This document shows, in pieces, positions 38,216 to 48,534 of a stretch of DNA of 64,000 nt; positions within the stretch are counted from its first letter, which is position 1, and each line of letters opens with the position of its first letter. The notes under the pieces are model-generated. The model saw only the letters and a list, made by a program, of their open reading frames with translations, was not told the DNA's origin and searched no databases. The stretch lies in contig CP032507.1 of NCBI GenBank assembly GCA_008375315.1, positions 2,874,071-2,938,070 of the forward strand, given 5' to 3'. The translations under genes and the position numbers were made by a program. This DNA comes from Ectothiorhodospiraceae bacterium BW-2. Lineage in GTDB: Bacteria; Pseudomonadota; Gammaproteobacteria; Thiohalomonadales; Thiohalomonadaceae.

Positions 38216-40621
38216 CTACTGCTCAAAGACGATAGCCGCCACCTCCCTATAGTGTTTAGCGAAGTGGGCGGTGATGCCGTCACGAATGTAGTCGGGTAGC
38301 TCTTCGAAATCGCCGCGATTGGCCTCGGGGAAAATGAGCTCCACAATACCGATACGGCGGGCGGCAATCACCTTCTCCCGAATGCCGCCGACCGGTAGGA
38401 CTTGGCCGGTGAGGGTTAGCTCGCCGGTCATCGCTAGTTTGCGAGCGATCTTGTCGCCTTTGGCTAGCGAGAGTAGTGCCGTGGCCATGGTGATACCGGC
38501 ACTAGGGCCATCTTTGGGGGTCGCTCCTTCCGGCACATGGAGGTGGACAAAGGCCTCATTAAAGAACTTCTCATCGGCTCGATAGGTGTTGAGGTTAGCT
38601 GCAATATAGCTGTAGGCGATCTCGGCCGATTCGCGCATCACTTCGCCGAGCTTTCCGGTCAGTTTAAAGCCACGATTTTTGGTATGGACTTGGCTCGCCT
38701 CAATACTGAGCGTCGCTCCGCCCATCGCTGTCCAAGCGAGACCGGTGACCACACCGATCCCTTTAATCGGACTCTCTTTAGTGAAGGTAGGTTTGCCTAG
38801 ATAGTGGGTTAAATTTTTATCGGCGATTTTAATCGGGGTCTCGCTCTCCTCGACTATCTCCCGCGCCGCTTTGCGGATAATTCGTCCTAGCTGCTTCTCC
38901 AGATTACGCACGCCGGCTTCGCGGGCGTAGCCTTCGATAATTTTCCGAATCGCGGTAGGGGTAATTTTAATCTCCTGTCTGGTAAGACCATTGCGCTCTA
39001 ATTGTCGTGGCCAGAGGTGGTGTTTGGCGATCGCCAGCTTCTCTTCGGTAATATAGCCAGAGAGGCGAATGACCTCCATTCGATCCAGTAGTGGACCGGG
39101 AATGGTGTCGAGTTGATTAGCAGTGCAGACAAACAGCACCTTGGAGAGATCGAGCCGAATGTCGAGATAGTGATCTTGAAACTCGCTATTTTGCTCCGGA
39201 TCGAGAACCTCTAGGAGCGCCGAGGCCGGATCACCATGGTAGGAGGCACCGATTTTGTCGATCTCATCGAGCATAATCACCGGATTATCGGTACCACACT
39301 GTTTGAGGGCGTGGACGATTTTGCCCGGTAGGGCACCGATGTAGGTACGGCGATGGCCCTTTATTTCGGCCTCATCGCGCATCCCTCCGACCGAGAAGCG
39401 GTAGAATTTGCGTCCTAGGGTGTTGGCGATGGAGCGGCCAACAGAGGTCTTACCCACGCCGGGGGGGCCGATGAGCAGAATAATCGACCCGGAGATCGAC
39501 CCTTTTAGTTTACCGACGGCAAGAAACTCTAAGATGCGATCTTTCACATCTTCTAGCCCATCATGTTCACGGTTCAATACCCGCACAGCCCGTTTCAGAT
39601 CGAGTCTATCTTGGCTAACATTGCCCCACGGCAGCGAGGTGATCCAGTCGAGGTAGTTGCGGGTGACATTAAACTCAGCTGAACCGGACTCTAGCATTGC
39701 TAGCTTATCGAGCTCCTCTTCGACGACCTTTTGCGCCTCTTCCGAGAGGGTGAGCCTCTCTAGTCGCTGTTGAAACTTCTCGATTTCGGCGGTGCGATCA
39801 TCCTTCTCTAAGCCTAACTCTTTTTGGATCTCTTTTAGCTGCTCTTTGAGAAAGAAGCGGCGCTGGTGGGCATTCATATTCTCCTCTACCCGTTCGCGAA
39901 TACGGCTCTGAATTTTGGCTAGCTCCAGCTCTTTTTTGAGTAGGACTAGCACCTTCTGCATTCGCTTATCGAGATCAAATCTATCTAACACCTGCTGTAG
40001 CTCGTCGGCGGAGGCGGAGGTGAGGGTGGCGGCAAAGTCGGAGAGGGGCGAGGGTTCGTTAGGGCCAAAACGGTTTAAGAAGAACTTCATCTCTTCGCTA
40101 TAGAGCGGGTTAAGGTGCATGAGCTCTTTGAGGGTGTTAATAATCGCCATCGCATAGGCGCGAACCTCATCGCTCGGTTTCTGCTCTTTAGGGGGGTACT
40201 CGACTCGCACTCGGTAGGGGGGGGTGTCGTTGAGCCATTTGACGATCTTAAAACGGGTAATCCCTTCGGCGATAAACTGCATCTTACCATCAGAACGACT
40301 CGGGCGGTGGAGCCGTACTAGCGTCCCTACTTCGGCCATCTGTTCCGGGGAGGGGAGCGTTTCGTTATCGAGCTCCTCTTTAACTAATAGCAGACCGGCG
40401 CTTCGGTGTTCGGTTTCGCCTATCGCCTCAATGGTGCTCAGCCAAGGCTGCTCCTCCATCAGCAGTGGCGAGGCTTGGGCGGGGAAGAAGGGGCGCTCAA
40501 ATAGGGGTAAGAGGTGGAGCTCTTCGGGGTAACGCGCCTCAGAGACGGTGATGGCGTTACTAAGCTCCTCTTGGGAGAGCACTTCGGCGTCGAGTAGTTC
40601 CTGTTCTGTTTCGTCTGACAT
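38216..40621 (-). CDS. lon: ATP-dependent Lon protease (LonA type)
   Basis: Full-length alignment to E. coli Lon: LON N-domain, AAA+ (ILLIGPPGVGKTS, Walker B MLDEIDK), and protease domain with PKDGPSAG (catalytic Ser) and the downstream Lys. Confidence 0.95.
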   Translation of the reverse strand: MSDETEQELLDAEVLSQEELSNAITVSEARYPEELHLLPLFERPFFPAQASPLLMEEQPWLSTIEAIGETEHRSAGLLLVKEELDNETLPSPEQMAEVGTLVRLHRPSRSDGKMQFIAEGITRFKIVKWLNDTPPYRVRVEYPPKEQKPSDEVRAYAMAIINTLKELMHLNPLYSEEMKFFLNRFGPNEPSPLSDFAATLTSASADELQQVLDRFDLDKRMQKVLVLLKKELELAKIQSRIRERVEENMNAHQRRFFLKEQLKEIQKELGLEKDDRTAEIEKFQQRLERLTLSEEAQKVVEEELDKLAMLESGSAEFNVTRNYLDWITSLPWGNVSQDRLDLKRAVRVLNREHDGLEDVKDRILEFLAVGKLKGSISGSIILLIGPPGVGKTSVGRSIANTLGRKFYRFSVGGMRDEAEIKGHRRTYIGALPGKIVHALKQCGTDNPVIMLDEIDKIGASYHGDPASALLEVLDPEQNSEFQDHYLDIRLDLSKVLFVCTANQLDTIPGPLLDRMEVIRLSGYITEEKLAIAKHHLWPRQLERNGLTRQEIKITPTAIRKIIEGYAREAGVRNLEKQLGRIIRKAAREIVEESETPIKIADKNLTHYLGKPTFTKESPIKGIGVVTGLAWTAMGGATLSIEASQVHTKNRGFKLTGKLGEVMRESAEIAYSYIAANLNTYRADEKFFNEAFVHLHVPEGATPKDGPSAGITMATALLSLAKGDKIARKLAMTGELTLTGQVLPVGGIREKVIAARRIGIVELIFPEANRGDFEELPDYIRDGITAHFAKHYREVAAIVFEQ

Positions 40622-40714
40622 AACTCTGTTCCCTCATCTATGGTAATCAATGGCCATCGTGTCGATGGGTCTCTCTCCTATGTTTTGGCGTGATGATGAG
40701 AGTTCAAATATAAA

Positions 40715-42721
40715 TTAACGCCGTCTGCTGCGTCTGTTAGGCAAAATTGTCCTCTGGCGAGAGTGGTGACGGTGAGGGGGCTCGGTTTTTTTGGGGGGCG
40801 GTACTAGGTGCTGTTTACCGTGACCTATGAGATCGGCACGGCCTAGCTGTTGCAGCGCTTGACGAATGATCGGCCAGTTTTTGGGGTCGTGGTAGCGCAG
40901 CAGCGCCTTTTGTAGTCGCCTCTCGGTGAGCTTTTTGGCGCTATAGACGGTGTCGGGGTGATCGAGTTTTTTCAGTGGGTTGTAGCCGCTGTGATACATC
41001 GCGGTGGCGAGTGCTAGGGGGGCGGGTAGAAACGCCTGTACCTGATCGAGGCGAAAGCGATGCTGTTTAAGCCAGAGCGCTAGTGTGACCATCTGTTCGG
41101 TATCGCTGCCCGGGTGGGCGGCGATAAAGTAGGGGATGAGATACTGCTCTTTGCCCGCCTCTTTAGAGAAGCGATCGAATAGGCTCTTAAATCGGTAGTA
41201 GCTGCTTAAGCTCGGCTTCATCATTTTAGATAGCGTTGCACTCTCGCTATGCTCAGGGGCAATTTTTAGGTAGCCGCCGACATGGTAGGTCACTAGCTCT
41301 TTGATATAGGCGGGGCTAGTGACCGCCAGATCGTAGCGCACCCCGCTAGCGACCATCACCCGTTTAATGCCATCGATCGCTCGACTCGCGCGATAGAGCT
41401 CAATCAGTGCCGAGTGATCCGTGTTTAGGTTGGGACAGATGTCAGGATAGAGGCACGATAGTCGTCGGCATGAGGCCTCTATCTGCGGGGAGCGGCAGTG
41501 GAGGCGATACATATTGGCGGTCGGGCCGCCGATATCGGAGATGGTGCCGGTAAAGCCGGGCACCTCATCGCGAATGGTTTCAATCTCCCGCATAATGGAG
41601 CCTTGGGAGCGATTTTGGATAATGCGCCCCTCATGTTCGGTGATGGAGCAGAAGGTGCAGCCGCCAAAGCAGCCGCGCATGATATTAACCGAAAAGCGGA
41701 TCATCTCGTAGGCGGGAATGCGGGCCTCTCCATAGCGGGGGTGGGGGCGGCGGGTGTAGGGGAGTTCATAGATCCTATCGAGCTCATCGGTGGTGAGCGG
41801 TATGGGGGGGGGATTGACTACTAGGAGTCGATTTTGGTGCGGTTGCAGCAGGCGACGGGCGTTATGGGGGTTGGTCTCTAGGTGGAGCCAACGCGAGGCT
41901 TGGGCGTAGAGGCGTCTATCGCTACGAACCTGCTCATAAGAGGGGAGCTGTAGTGCGATGTGAGGGTGGTGAGCTGCCGCCGGCCCCATGCTATCGGGGT
42001 CGTTTACTGTGTGAATTTGCCACTCATTGGGCGCTTTTTTACAGACATAGGCGCTGCCACGAAGGTCACGAATGGTATGGATAGGCTCTTTACGCGCTAA
42101 GCGATGGGTTAACTCCACCACCGCCCGCTCTGCATTGCCGTAGAGTAGTAGATCGGCGCGAGTATCGAGCAAAAGGGAGCGCCGAACCTTCTCCGACCAG
42201 TAGTCGAAGTGGGCAAAGCGGCGCAGACTCGCCTCAATGCCGCCAATGACAAGCGGTATCTCGGGGAACGCCTCTCGGCAGCGCTGGGCATAGACAAGGG
42301 TGGCTCTATCTGGGCGGGCATTGGCTGCGCCGTTGGGGGTATAGGCGTCATCACTACGGGGGAGACGATCGGCGGTATAGCGATTGACCATCGAATCCAT
42401 GTTACCGGCGGTAATACCGAACCAGAGGGTCGGGGGGCCGAGCGTTTGAAAGGCGCTGCTATCTTGCCAGTTAGGTTGAGGAATCACGCCGACCCTAAAG
42501 CCGTGCGCTTCGAGGAGGCGGCCGATGAGGGCCGCCCCGAAGCTAGGGTGATCGACCAGAGCATCGCCTGAGATAATAATGACATCACAAGCCTCCCAGC
42601 CGAGCTGATCCAGCTCCTCCCGAGTGGTCGGTAGCACGGGGGCCGGTAGCAGCCGTTTAGCCCAGTAGGGGCGGTAGCTTGTAAAGAGATCGGGCGCTGT
42701 CAGTGGTGTGGTAGCCATCAA
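40715..42721 (-). CDS. ygiQ: YgiQ-family radical SAM protein (UPF0313)
   Basis: End-to-end similarity to E. coli YgiQ ([27 protein letters not shown], radical-SAM core [27 protein letters not shown]). Basic C-terminal tail. Confidence 0.9.
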   Translation of the reverse strand: MMATTPLTAPDLFTSYRPYWAKRLLPAPVLPTTREELDQLGWEACDVIIISGDALVDHPSFGAALIGRLLEAHGFRVGVIPQPNWQDSSAFQTLGPPTLWFGITAGNMDSMVNRYTADRLPRSDDAYTPNGAANARPDRATLVYAQRCREAFPEIPLVIGGIEASLRRFAHFDYWSEKVRRSLLLDTRADLLLYGNAERAVVELTHRLARKEPIHTIRDLRGSAYVCKKAPNEWQIHTVNDPDSMGPAAAHHPHIALQLPSYEQVRSDRRLYAQASRWLHLETNPHNARRLLQPHQNRLLVVNPPPIPLTTDELDRIYELPYTRRPHPRYGEARIPAYEMIRFSVNIMRGCFGGCTFCSITEHEGRIIQNRSQGSIMREIETIRDEVPGFTGTISDIGGPTANMYRLHCRSPQIEASCRRLSCLYPDICPNLNTDHSALIELYRASRAIDGIKRVMVASGVRYDLAVTSPAYIKELVTYHVGGYLKIAPEHSESATLSKMMKPSLSSYYRFKSLFDRFSKEAGKEQYLIPYFIAAHPGSDTEQMVTLALWLKQHRFRLDQVQAFLPAPLALATAMYHSGYNPLKKLDHPDTVYSAKKLTERRLQKALLRYHDPKNWPIIRQALQQLGRADLIGHGKQHLVPPPKKTEPPHRHHSRQRTILPNRRSRRR

Positions 42722-42724
42722 TCA

Positions 42725-44848
42725 CTAAAACGAGTTAAAGTCATAATCCATCTGTCGGCTCGGTTTTTGAATAAAGAAACCGACGATATAGTTGATTCCG
42801 GTAGCGTAGAGCCGAGAGAGAGTCTGCGGGTTTTCGACTGCGTTGGCAATGACTTGAATGTCGTATTGCTGCGCGTGTTGAACGATATTGTTAATCTGTT
42901 CGACCGCCTGAGGACTCTCTGCGAGTTGGTTAATCAGCCCTTGGGATATTTTGATATAGCACGAGTCGTAGTGTTGCAAAATAGTGAGATGGTTACTCTG
43001 TTCGCCAAATTGGTTGATCGCCAAGGCTATTTTGAGCTTCTCTAGCATGGTACGAAACTGCTTCACCTGCTTTAACTGCTCAGTCGCTACCTGCTCGCTT
43101 ATCTCAAAGACCAGCTCCCAAGGTCGCAGTTGAGCGCTCTTGAGTCGGGGTAGCATCCAGTGGAACAGTTTGGTCTGATTGACTAGGCTCTGCTCAGAGA
43201 GTTTGATAAAGAGGCGAGGATACTGCTGTCGCTGGCGCTGCTCTTTAAGCACGAGTAGCGCGTGGGCTATCACCCAGCGATCGACGATCTCAGAGAGACC
43301 ACAGTGGTGCACTGCGGCAAAAAACTCATTGGCAGCGACAAACTCCTGCTCCCCTCGTAGATCGGGCATCCGTAACATGACCTCATAGGTGGCGTGGGGA
43401 TCGTCATTGAGGCTAATAATCGGCTGATAGACTAGCAGCAGTCGGTTATTTTGTAGCGCTTGGCGAATTTCGATGGCCAGCAGTTTCTCCTTTTCGCGCT
43501 GGGTGAGTTGATCGACATCGGGGGTATAGAGCTCATAGCGATTGCCGCCGGCGGCGGTGAGCTGCTCTAGTAATCTATCGGCTTCGCCAATGACCTGCTG
43601 GTAGTTCGACTCTTTGCCGTGATAGGGGGTGATGGCGATGGAGAAGGTGGTCTGGGTAGTACGCCCCTCTAAATCAAAAATGGTGTCACGACCGGTAGCT
43701 GTCAGCAGGGCGGCCACTTTTTCGCTGCGATGGGCATCGACCCCGGTCAGAGAGAGGATAAAGCCGCTAGCCCCGAATCGAGCTAGTAGCAGCGGTTCAC
43801 TCTCCTCGGTGCGTAAAATAAGCTGTTTTATCGAGGAGGAGTCGAGCTCTTGGCTTAAAAAGTGGTAAATTTCACTCATTAAGGCCTCGATGGCCGAAAA
43901 GCCGAGTCGTTGGCGCAGATCGTTAAGATTGTCGGGGGAGATGAGCAGCAGATGCCCCGAGCGGTTCTGTTGGTGCACGATAGCGCGAAACTGCTCCACA
44001 AAGTATTGCTGAGTGTAGGCACCGGTGACGCTGTCGCGCTGTTTAGCCTCCTCTAGCCGTCGCACTAGCTCCTGACTATCCTCTTTGTTGTAGAGCACAA
44101 TCTGAGTACAGGCCTCCCCTTCGTAAGAGATGCGAGAGAGGGAGAGTTGTAGCGGAAACGATTTGGTGGCCAGATCGATCCCTTCAGCCTCAAACAGCTC
44201 CTCTATCGGTCTGCCCTGCTGAAACTGACGCAGATAGCTTTTGAAGCTGTTTTGGGAGTCGGCATGGAGCATATCGAGAAAGGGGACACCGAGTAGATCA
44301 TCGAAATCGTCGTAGCCAAACAGGGTAAGATAGCTGTCGTTAGCATAGATGTGCATCCCCTCATCAATATAGGCGATCGCCTCTTTCGATTGGTTGGCGA
44401 GAATTTGGGCCCGATGGTTCGACTCTTGCAGCAGCGTGCGGCAGTGGAGTAGCTCATTATGAAACCGAGTGGCGGCGCTCTCGCGCCGAAAGATATGGCT
44501 GGCTCGGGACGGATTGGCGATATCGATAATATCTTTGGCTCCCCCTTCGAGCAGATCATCGAGATTGATGCGCACTGTCGCCATATTCGCCACGATGACG
44601 ATCCCTAGCTGGGGCTGCTGCTCTAACACTGTGCGCATCACGGCGATAGGCTCGAAGTGTTCGCACTCGGGAGTGAGCAGGAGTAGATCCCACGCCTTTT
44701 GCCGTAGCAGTGTGGTGAGCTGTGCAAACGAGTCAACGCTTTCGGTATGAATCGCCAGCCCCTGATTGCGTAGCTGGTTAGCTACCGCTTCACCATGGTT
44801 GGCAGAGTCGTCGATGACGACAATTTCCAGTATCTCTTCCAGAGCCAT
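42725..44848 (-). CDS. FimX-like c-di-GMP signalling protein (REC, PAS, degenerate GGDEF, EAL with an EVM motif)
   Basis: N-terminal receiver (VVIDDS...DLLLLT). PAS region (IDEGMHIYANDSYLTLFGY). The GGDEF position reads RFGASGF, which is degenerate. The EAL domain has EVMLR in place of EALxR (YQPIISL...YEVMLRM), echoing the EVL motif of the Pseudomonas/Xanthomonas c-di-GMP receptor FimX. Stop is 4 nt before the ygiQ start. Confidence 0.8.
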   Translation of the reverse strand: MALEEILEIVVIDDSANHGEAVANQLRNQGLAIHTESVDSFAQLTTLLRQKAWDLLLLTPECEHFEPIAVMRTVLEQQPQLGIVIVANMATVRINLDDLLEGGAKDIIDIANPSRASHIFRRESAATRFHNELLHCRTLLQESNHRAQILANQSKEAIAYIDEGMHIYANDSYLTLFGYDDFDDLLGVPFLDMLHADSQNSFKSYLRQFQQGRPIEELFEAEGIDLATKSFPLQLSLSRISYEGEACTQIVLYNKEDSQELVRRLEEAKQRDSVTGAYTQQYFVEQFRAIVHQQNRSGHLLLISPDNLNDLRQRLGFSAIEALMSEIYHFLSQELDSSSIKQLILRTEESEPLLLARFGASGFILSLTGVDAHRSEKVAALLTATGRDTIFDLEGRTTQTTFSIAITPYHGKESNYQQVIGEADRLLEQLTAAGGNRYELYTPDVDQLTQREKEKLLAIEIRQALQNNRLLLVYQPIISLNDDPHATYEVMLRMPDLRGEQEFVAANEFFAAVHHCGLSEIVDRWVIAHALLVLKEQRQRQQYPRLFIKLSEQSLVNQTKLFHWMLPRLKSAQLRPWELVFEISEQVATEQLKQVKQFRTMLEKLKIALAINQFGEQSNHLTILQHYDSCYIKISQGLINQLAESPQAVEQINNIVQHAQQYDIQVIANAVENPQTLSRLYATGINYIVGFFIQKPSRQMDYDFNSF

Positions 44849-44875
44849 AATCTTTAATCGCCGTACTTTTGCTAG

Positions 44876-45838
44876 CTAAATGGGTAAGGGGACGGTTAAC
44901 GGGGTCTTACCGCCGTCGCTGCCGGTGTCACGAACCAGTCGCGGCAAGAGGTAGCCGGGGAGTCGCTGGTGTAGTGTCGCCATAATCTGTTGGGCTTGTT
45001 GGTCACTGACCTCAAAATGGGCTACCCCCACCGCCCGATCAAGTTGGTTGAGATAGTAGGGGATTACACCGTGCTTGAATAGTATTTTACTCAAATCGGC
45101 CAAAATTTCGGCGCTATCGTTGATGCGGCGCAGCAGCACCGCTTGGTTAAATAGCGCCGCTCCCGTTTGGCGTAGTCGGGTTAACGCGGCACCGACAGCG
45201 GGATCGATTTCAGCCGGATGGTTGCAGTGGATGACAATGGCCAGCGGCAGCTCTAGGCTGGAGAGCCACTCGATATGGGCCTCACTCACCCCCTTTGGCC
45301 AAGCAACCGGCACTCGGGTGTGGAGCCGCAGCCGCTGAATAGAGGGGAGTGCGAGCAGGCGGTGGGTGAACTGTTGCAAAAAACCTCCGCTTAACATCAG
45401 AGGATCTCCCCCGCTAAAAATTAGCTCCTCTATCTCTGGGTGTTCGCCGAGATAGTCGATAATGGCGGCTAGCTGCTGCTGTTTCGGGTTCGCCTCGGGG
45501 TAGGGAAAGTGGCGTCGAAAACAGTAGCGGCAGTGGATCGGGCACTGACCCGTTAAGGTGAGCAGGGCGCGATGGCGATATTTATGGATAAGTCCCGGCA
45601 CTACCATGTGGGAGAGCTCATCGACTGGATCTTGGCGGTCGCCCGGGGAGTGGTGCTGCTCTGCTGCTTGGGGCCAGATCTGTAGTAGCAGCGGATCGGT
45701 CGGGTCACCGCTAGCGATCCGTTCGGCAAAGGAGCGGCTGACTTTAAAGGGGAAGGGCGTCTCAGTCGCGCTCAGCCCCGAGAGCTGGCGTAGCTGTTGT
45801 AAACACTCTGGAGAGTGGATAAAAGGGGAGGCGGTCAC
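44876..45838 (-). CDS. epmB: EF-P beta-lysylation enzyme EpmB (lysine 2,3-aminomutase-like radical SAM)
   Basis: Radical-SAM motif TGQCPIHCRYCFRRHFPY plus KamA-family blocks alignable to E. coli EpmB from about TAIVTASP onward. The track ORF runs to 46309 and overlaps the divergent efp. The start is uncertain: there is no in-frame ATG near the homology start, so the GTG at 45836-45838 was chosen. Confidence 0.8.
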   Translation of the reverse strand: MTASPFIHSPECLQQLRQLSGLSATETPFPFKVSRSFAERIASGDPTDPLLLQIWPQAAEQHHSPGDRQDPVDELSHMVVPGLIHKYRHRALLTLTGQCPIHCRYCFRRHFPYPEANPKQQQLAAIIDYLGEHPEIEELIFSGGDPLMLSGGFLQQFTHRLLALPSIQRLRLHTRVPVAWPKGVSEAHIEWLSSLELPLAIVIHCNHPAEIDPAVGAALTRLRQTGAALFNQAVLLRRINDSAEILADLSKILFKHGVIPYYLNQLDRAVGVAHFEVSDQQAQQIMATLHQRLPGYLLPRLVRDTGSDGGKTPLTVPLPI

Positions 45839-45919
45839 AATGGCAGTTTTCTCTGTGGTGGCAAGTTGTGGGATAATAGGCGTTTTAATTGAAGCATACA
45901 AATTGAGGAAACGATAGTT

Positions 45920-46489
45920 ATGGCCAACTACAGTACCAGTGAATTTCGCCGTGGACTGAAAATTATGCAAGATGGCGATCCCTGCACGATTGTCGACAAC
46001 GAGTTTGTTAAGCCGGGCAAGGGGCAGGCCTTTAGTCGGGTCAAAATTCGTAACCTGAAAACCGGTCGGGTGGTCGAGCGAACCTTTAAGTCGGGCGATT
46101 CGGTAGAGGCTGCCGATGTGGTCGATAGCGAAATGCAGTATCTCTACAACGATGGTCAGATGTGGCACTTTATGGATCAGGAGAGCTTTGAGCAGATTGC
46201 CGCCGATGCGGCCATTGTCGGTGAGGAGAGGCTGTGGCTTAAAGATCAAGATATCTGCACCGTGACGCTCTGGAATGGGCAACCGATCTCGGTGACGCCA
46301 CCTAATCATGTCATCTTGCGGGTGGCGGAGACTGAGCCGGGGGTGCGCGGCGATACCGCTACCGGAGCGACTAAACCGGCCACACTGGAGACGGGGGCCG
46401 TGATTCAGGTACCGCTGTTTGTCGAGATCGATGAGATGTTAAAGGTCGATACTCGCAGTGGCGAGTATATCTCCCGAGTACGCGATTAG
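45920..46489 (+). CDS. efp: Elongation factor P
   Basis: 189 aa. Conserved EF-P N-terminus ([48 protein letters not shown]) with the modified Lys in the KPGKG loop. Divergent from epmB, as in E. coli. Confidence 0.95.
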   Translation: MANYSTSEFRRGLKIMQDGDPCTIVDNEFVKPGKGQAFSRVKIRNLKTGRVVERTFKSGDSVEAADVVDSEMQYLYNDGQMWHFMDQESFEQIAADAAIVGEERLWLKDQDICTVTLWNGQPISVTPPNHVILRVAETEPGVRGDTATGATKPATLETGAVIQVPLFVEIDEMLKVDTRSGEYISRVRD

Positions 46490-46504
46490 CCTCCGTCCCC
46501 CTCG

Positions 46505-47467
46505 ATGTGGCAACCCTCGGCTGATATCGCCCGACTGCGTCAGCGAGCTAGGCTGTTACACTCTCTGCGCCAATTTTTTGCCGAGCGGGAGGTGATGGAG
46601 GTCGATACCCCGGCGCTATCACAGTTTGCCACGGTCGATCCCCATATCGACTCCTTTGTTGTGACCGCGCCTGGTGGAGGGGAGAGGCGCTACCTTCACA
46701 CCTCGCCTGAGTTTGCTATGAAGCGACTCTTAGCCGCCGGCAGCGGCGATATCTATCAACTAAGCCATGTCTTTCGGGTCGGGGAGAGTGGGCGCTACCA
46801 TAACAGCGAATTTATGCTGTTAGAGTGGTATCGAACCGGCTGGCACTACCGGCAGTTAATTGATGAGGTGGGTGAGCTGCTACAGAGGGTGGGGCTGGTG
46901 GCTCTGGCGACAGTCGATACGCTCGACTATCGGCAGCTATTTATGGCTAAACTGACTATCGATCCTGTTGCCGCGACCGACCAGGAGCTACAACAGCTAG
47001 CAGAGGCGCTGAGCCCTAAGATCGATCTTACGGCGCTGCGGCTATCGAGATCGGGGTGGCTCGACTGGCTCTTTAGTCAACATATTCAGCCGCAGCTCGG
47101 AGGGGAGGGGAGGGCGGTCGCGCTCATTCGCTACCCCGCCTCTCAAGCCTCTTTAGCGCAGTTAGAGCCGAATGATTCTGCCGTGGCGCAGCGGTTTGAG
47201 ATCTTCTATCGTGGTGTAGAGCTAGCCAACGGCTTTGGGGAGCTGACCGATGCGGTGCAGCAGCGGCAGCGATTTGAGGCGGAGTGGCGGCAGCGGCGAG
47301 ATGAGGCGAAACCGCTCTACCCTATCGATCAACATCTTCTCGCAGCGCTAGCACAGGGGCTACCTGAGTGTAGCGGCGTGGCTGTCGGAGTCGATCGACT
47401 GCTGATGCAGCTCAGCGAGAGTGACCAGATAGATCAGGTGCTGTCGTTTGGTTGGCGGCGGGCCTGA
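46505..47467 (+). CDS. epmA: EF-P--(R)-beta-lysine ligase EpmA (GenX/PoxA, LysRS class II paralog)
   Basis: Class II aaRS catalytic-core blocks (RARLLHSLRQFFAEREVMEVDTP, FRVGESGRYHNSEFMLLEWY, GVAVGVDRLLM). About 320 aa with no anticodon-binding domain. 15 nt after efp. Confidence 0.9.
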   Translation: MWQPSADIARLRQRARLLHSLRQFFAEREVMEVDTPALSQFATVDPHIDSFVVTAPGGGERRYLHTSPEFAMKRLLAAGSGDIYQLSHVFRVGESGRYHNSEFMLLEWYRTGWHYRQLIDEVGELLQRVGLVALATVDTLDYRQLFMAKLTIDPVAATDQELQQLAEALSPKIDLTALRLSRSGWLDWLFSQHIQPQLGGEGRAVALIRYPASQASLAQLEPNDSAVAQRFEIFYRGVELANGFGELTDAVQQRQRFEAEWRQRRDEAKPLYPIDQHLLAALAQGLPECSGVAVGVDRLLMQLSESDQIDQVLSFGWRRA

Positions 47468-48534
47468 TGTGCGAGCATAAGCGGGTTATCGGGATCGACC
47501 CACGGCATAAACGGCTTATCTCGATCACTGTGGGTTAGTTGATAGACCAGCCCGATCCAGTTGCCGACCACCGCCGCGCCACTATCGTGCCAAGTGTTAT
47601 TGAGTCTAGGGGTTAACAGCCGCTCCGGAAAGGGGGGCGGGGTCACGCCGCTAGCTAACGCCTGTTCGGTACGGTAGCGGTACTCATTGAGGATAGCCTG
47701 TGAGTAGTTATCGAAGTAGTCTTGCGGAAAGGGGGGGTAGTGGCTATTTTTGCCCTGCTGGTAGAGGATCACTTCGCGTTTATACTCTTTCAGTAGCGAG
47801 ATGGTGTCATACTCAGGGTGGCCCTGAAACAGCACCAGCCGTAGGCCATCGCTACTGGTGGCGAGGTGGAGACAGCCGTCATCGCCGCTCACCAATAGCC
47901 GCAACCCCGCCTGCTGTAACTGCTCTGCCGAGATAGCATTCCAGCGCGAGTGGGGGACATCAAAGCGGCTATTAATATCGCATACCAGCGGATGGCTGGG
48001 ATCGACAACCCGATGGGGAAAGACCCCCCACTTCTTCTGCATCTGGCGCACCCGCGTCTGCTGGTAGCGAAACTGCAACACCGCATGGGTCGCTAGACAG
48101 GAGCAGAGGGTTGAGGTGACATGGTGCCAAGCCCAGTCGGCGATCTCGATTAATGGGTGCCAGAACGGCTGCTGCTCCAGCTCTGCACCAACCACATTCG
48201 CACCGGTAATAATGAGCGCATCAAGCCCCTGTTGGCGAATCGTGGCAAAATGATCGTAGTAGGCGCTGATATAGGCTTTGGCCTCATCGCTGCGTGGCAG
48301 CTCATCAAGGGTAAACAGGTGGACATAGAACTGAGCAATCGGGTTACTCTCGCCGATGAGGCGCAGAAACTGGCGTTCAGTCGCTGCCAGTGCCGCATCG
48401 GGCATCATATTGAGTAACCCGATGTGGAGTTCGCGAATATCCTGATGTCGAGCCGCCTCCGGGGTCAGTACCCGTACCCCCTCCTGACGCAGCCGCTCAA
48501 AGGTAGGGAGGTGATTATGGGCAACCAGTGGCAT
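47434..48534 (-). CDS. metA: Homoserine O-acyltransferase (MetA family; succinyl- or acetyltransferase)
   Basis: Alignable to E. coli MetA along its full length (MPxxVxxxLP N-terminus, LNMMPD, ITGANV, HVTSTL, FQGHPEY). Start assigned to the ATG at 48532-48534, which overlaps the upstream stop as TAATG. The 3' end overlaps epmA by 34 nt. Confidence 0.85.
   Translation of the reverse strand: MPLVAHNHLPTFERLRQEGVRVLTPEAARHQDIRELHIGLLNMMPDAALAATERQFLRLIGESNPIAQFYVHLFTLDELPRSDEAKAYISAYYDHFATIRQQGLDALIITGANVVGAELEQQPFWHPLIEIADWAWHHVTSTLCSCLATHAVLQFRYQQTRVRQMQKKWGVFPHRVVDPSHPLVCDINSRFDVPHSRWNAISAEQLQQAGLRLLVSGDDGCLHLATSSDGLRLVLFQGHPEYDTISLLKEYKREVILYQQGKNSHYPPFPQDYFDNYSQAILNEYRYRTEQALASGVTPPPFPERLLTPRLNNTWHDSGAAVVGNWIGLVYQLTHSDRDKPFMPWVDPDNPLMLAHQARRQPNDST

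Noticed and set aside
40622-40714. A sigma-32 heat-shock promoter upstream of lon.
   Set aside because: A TTGAAC hexamer is present, but no convincing CCCCATNT -10 element at the right spacing. Not supportable from the sequence alone.
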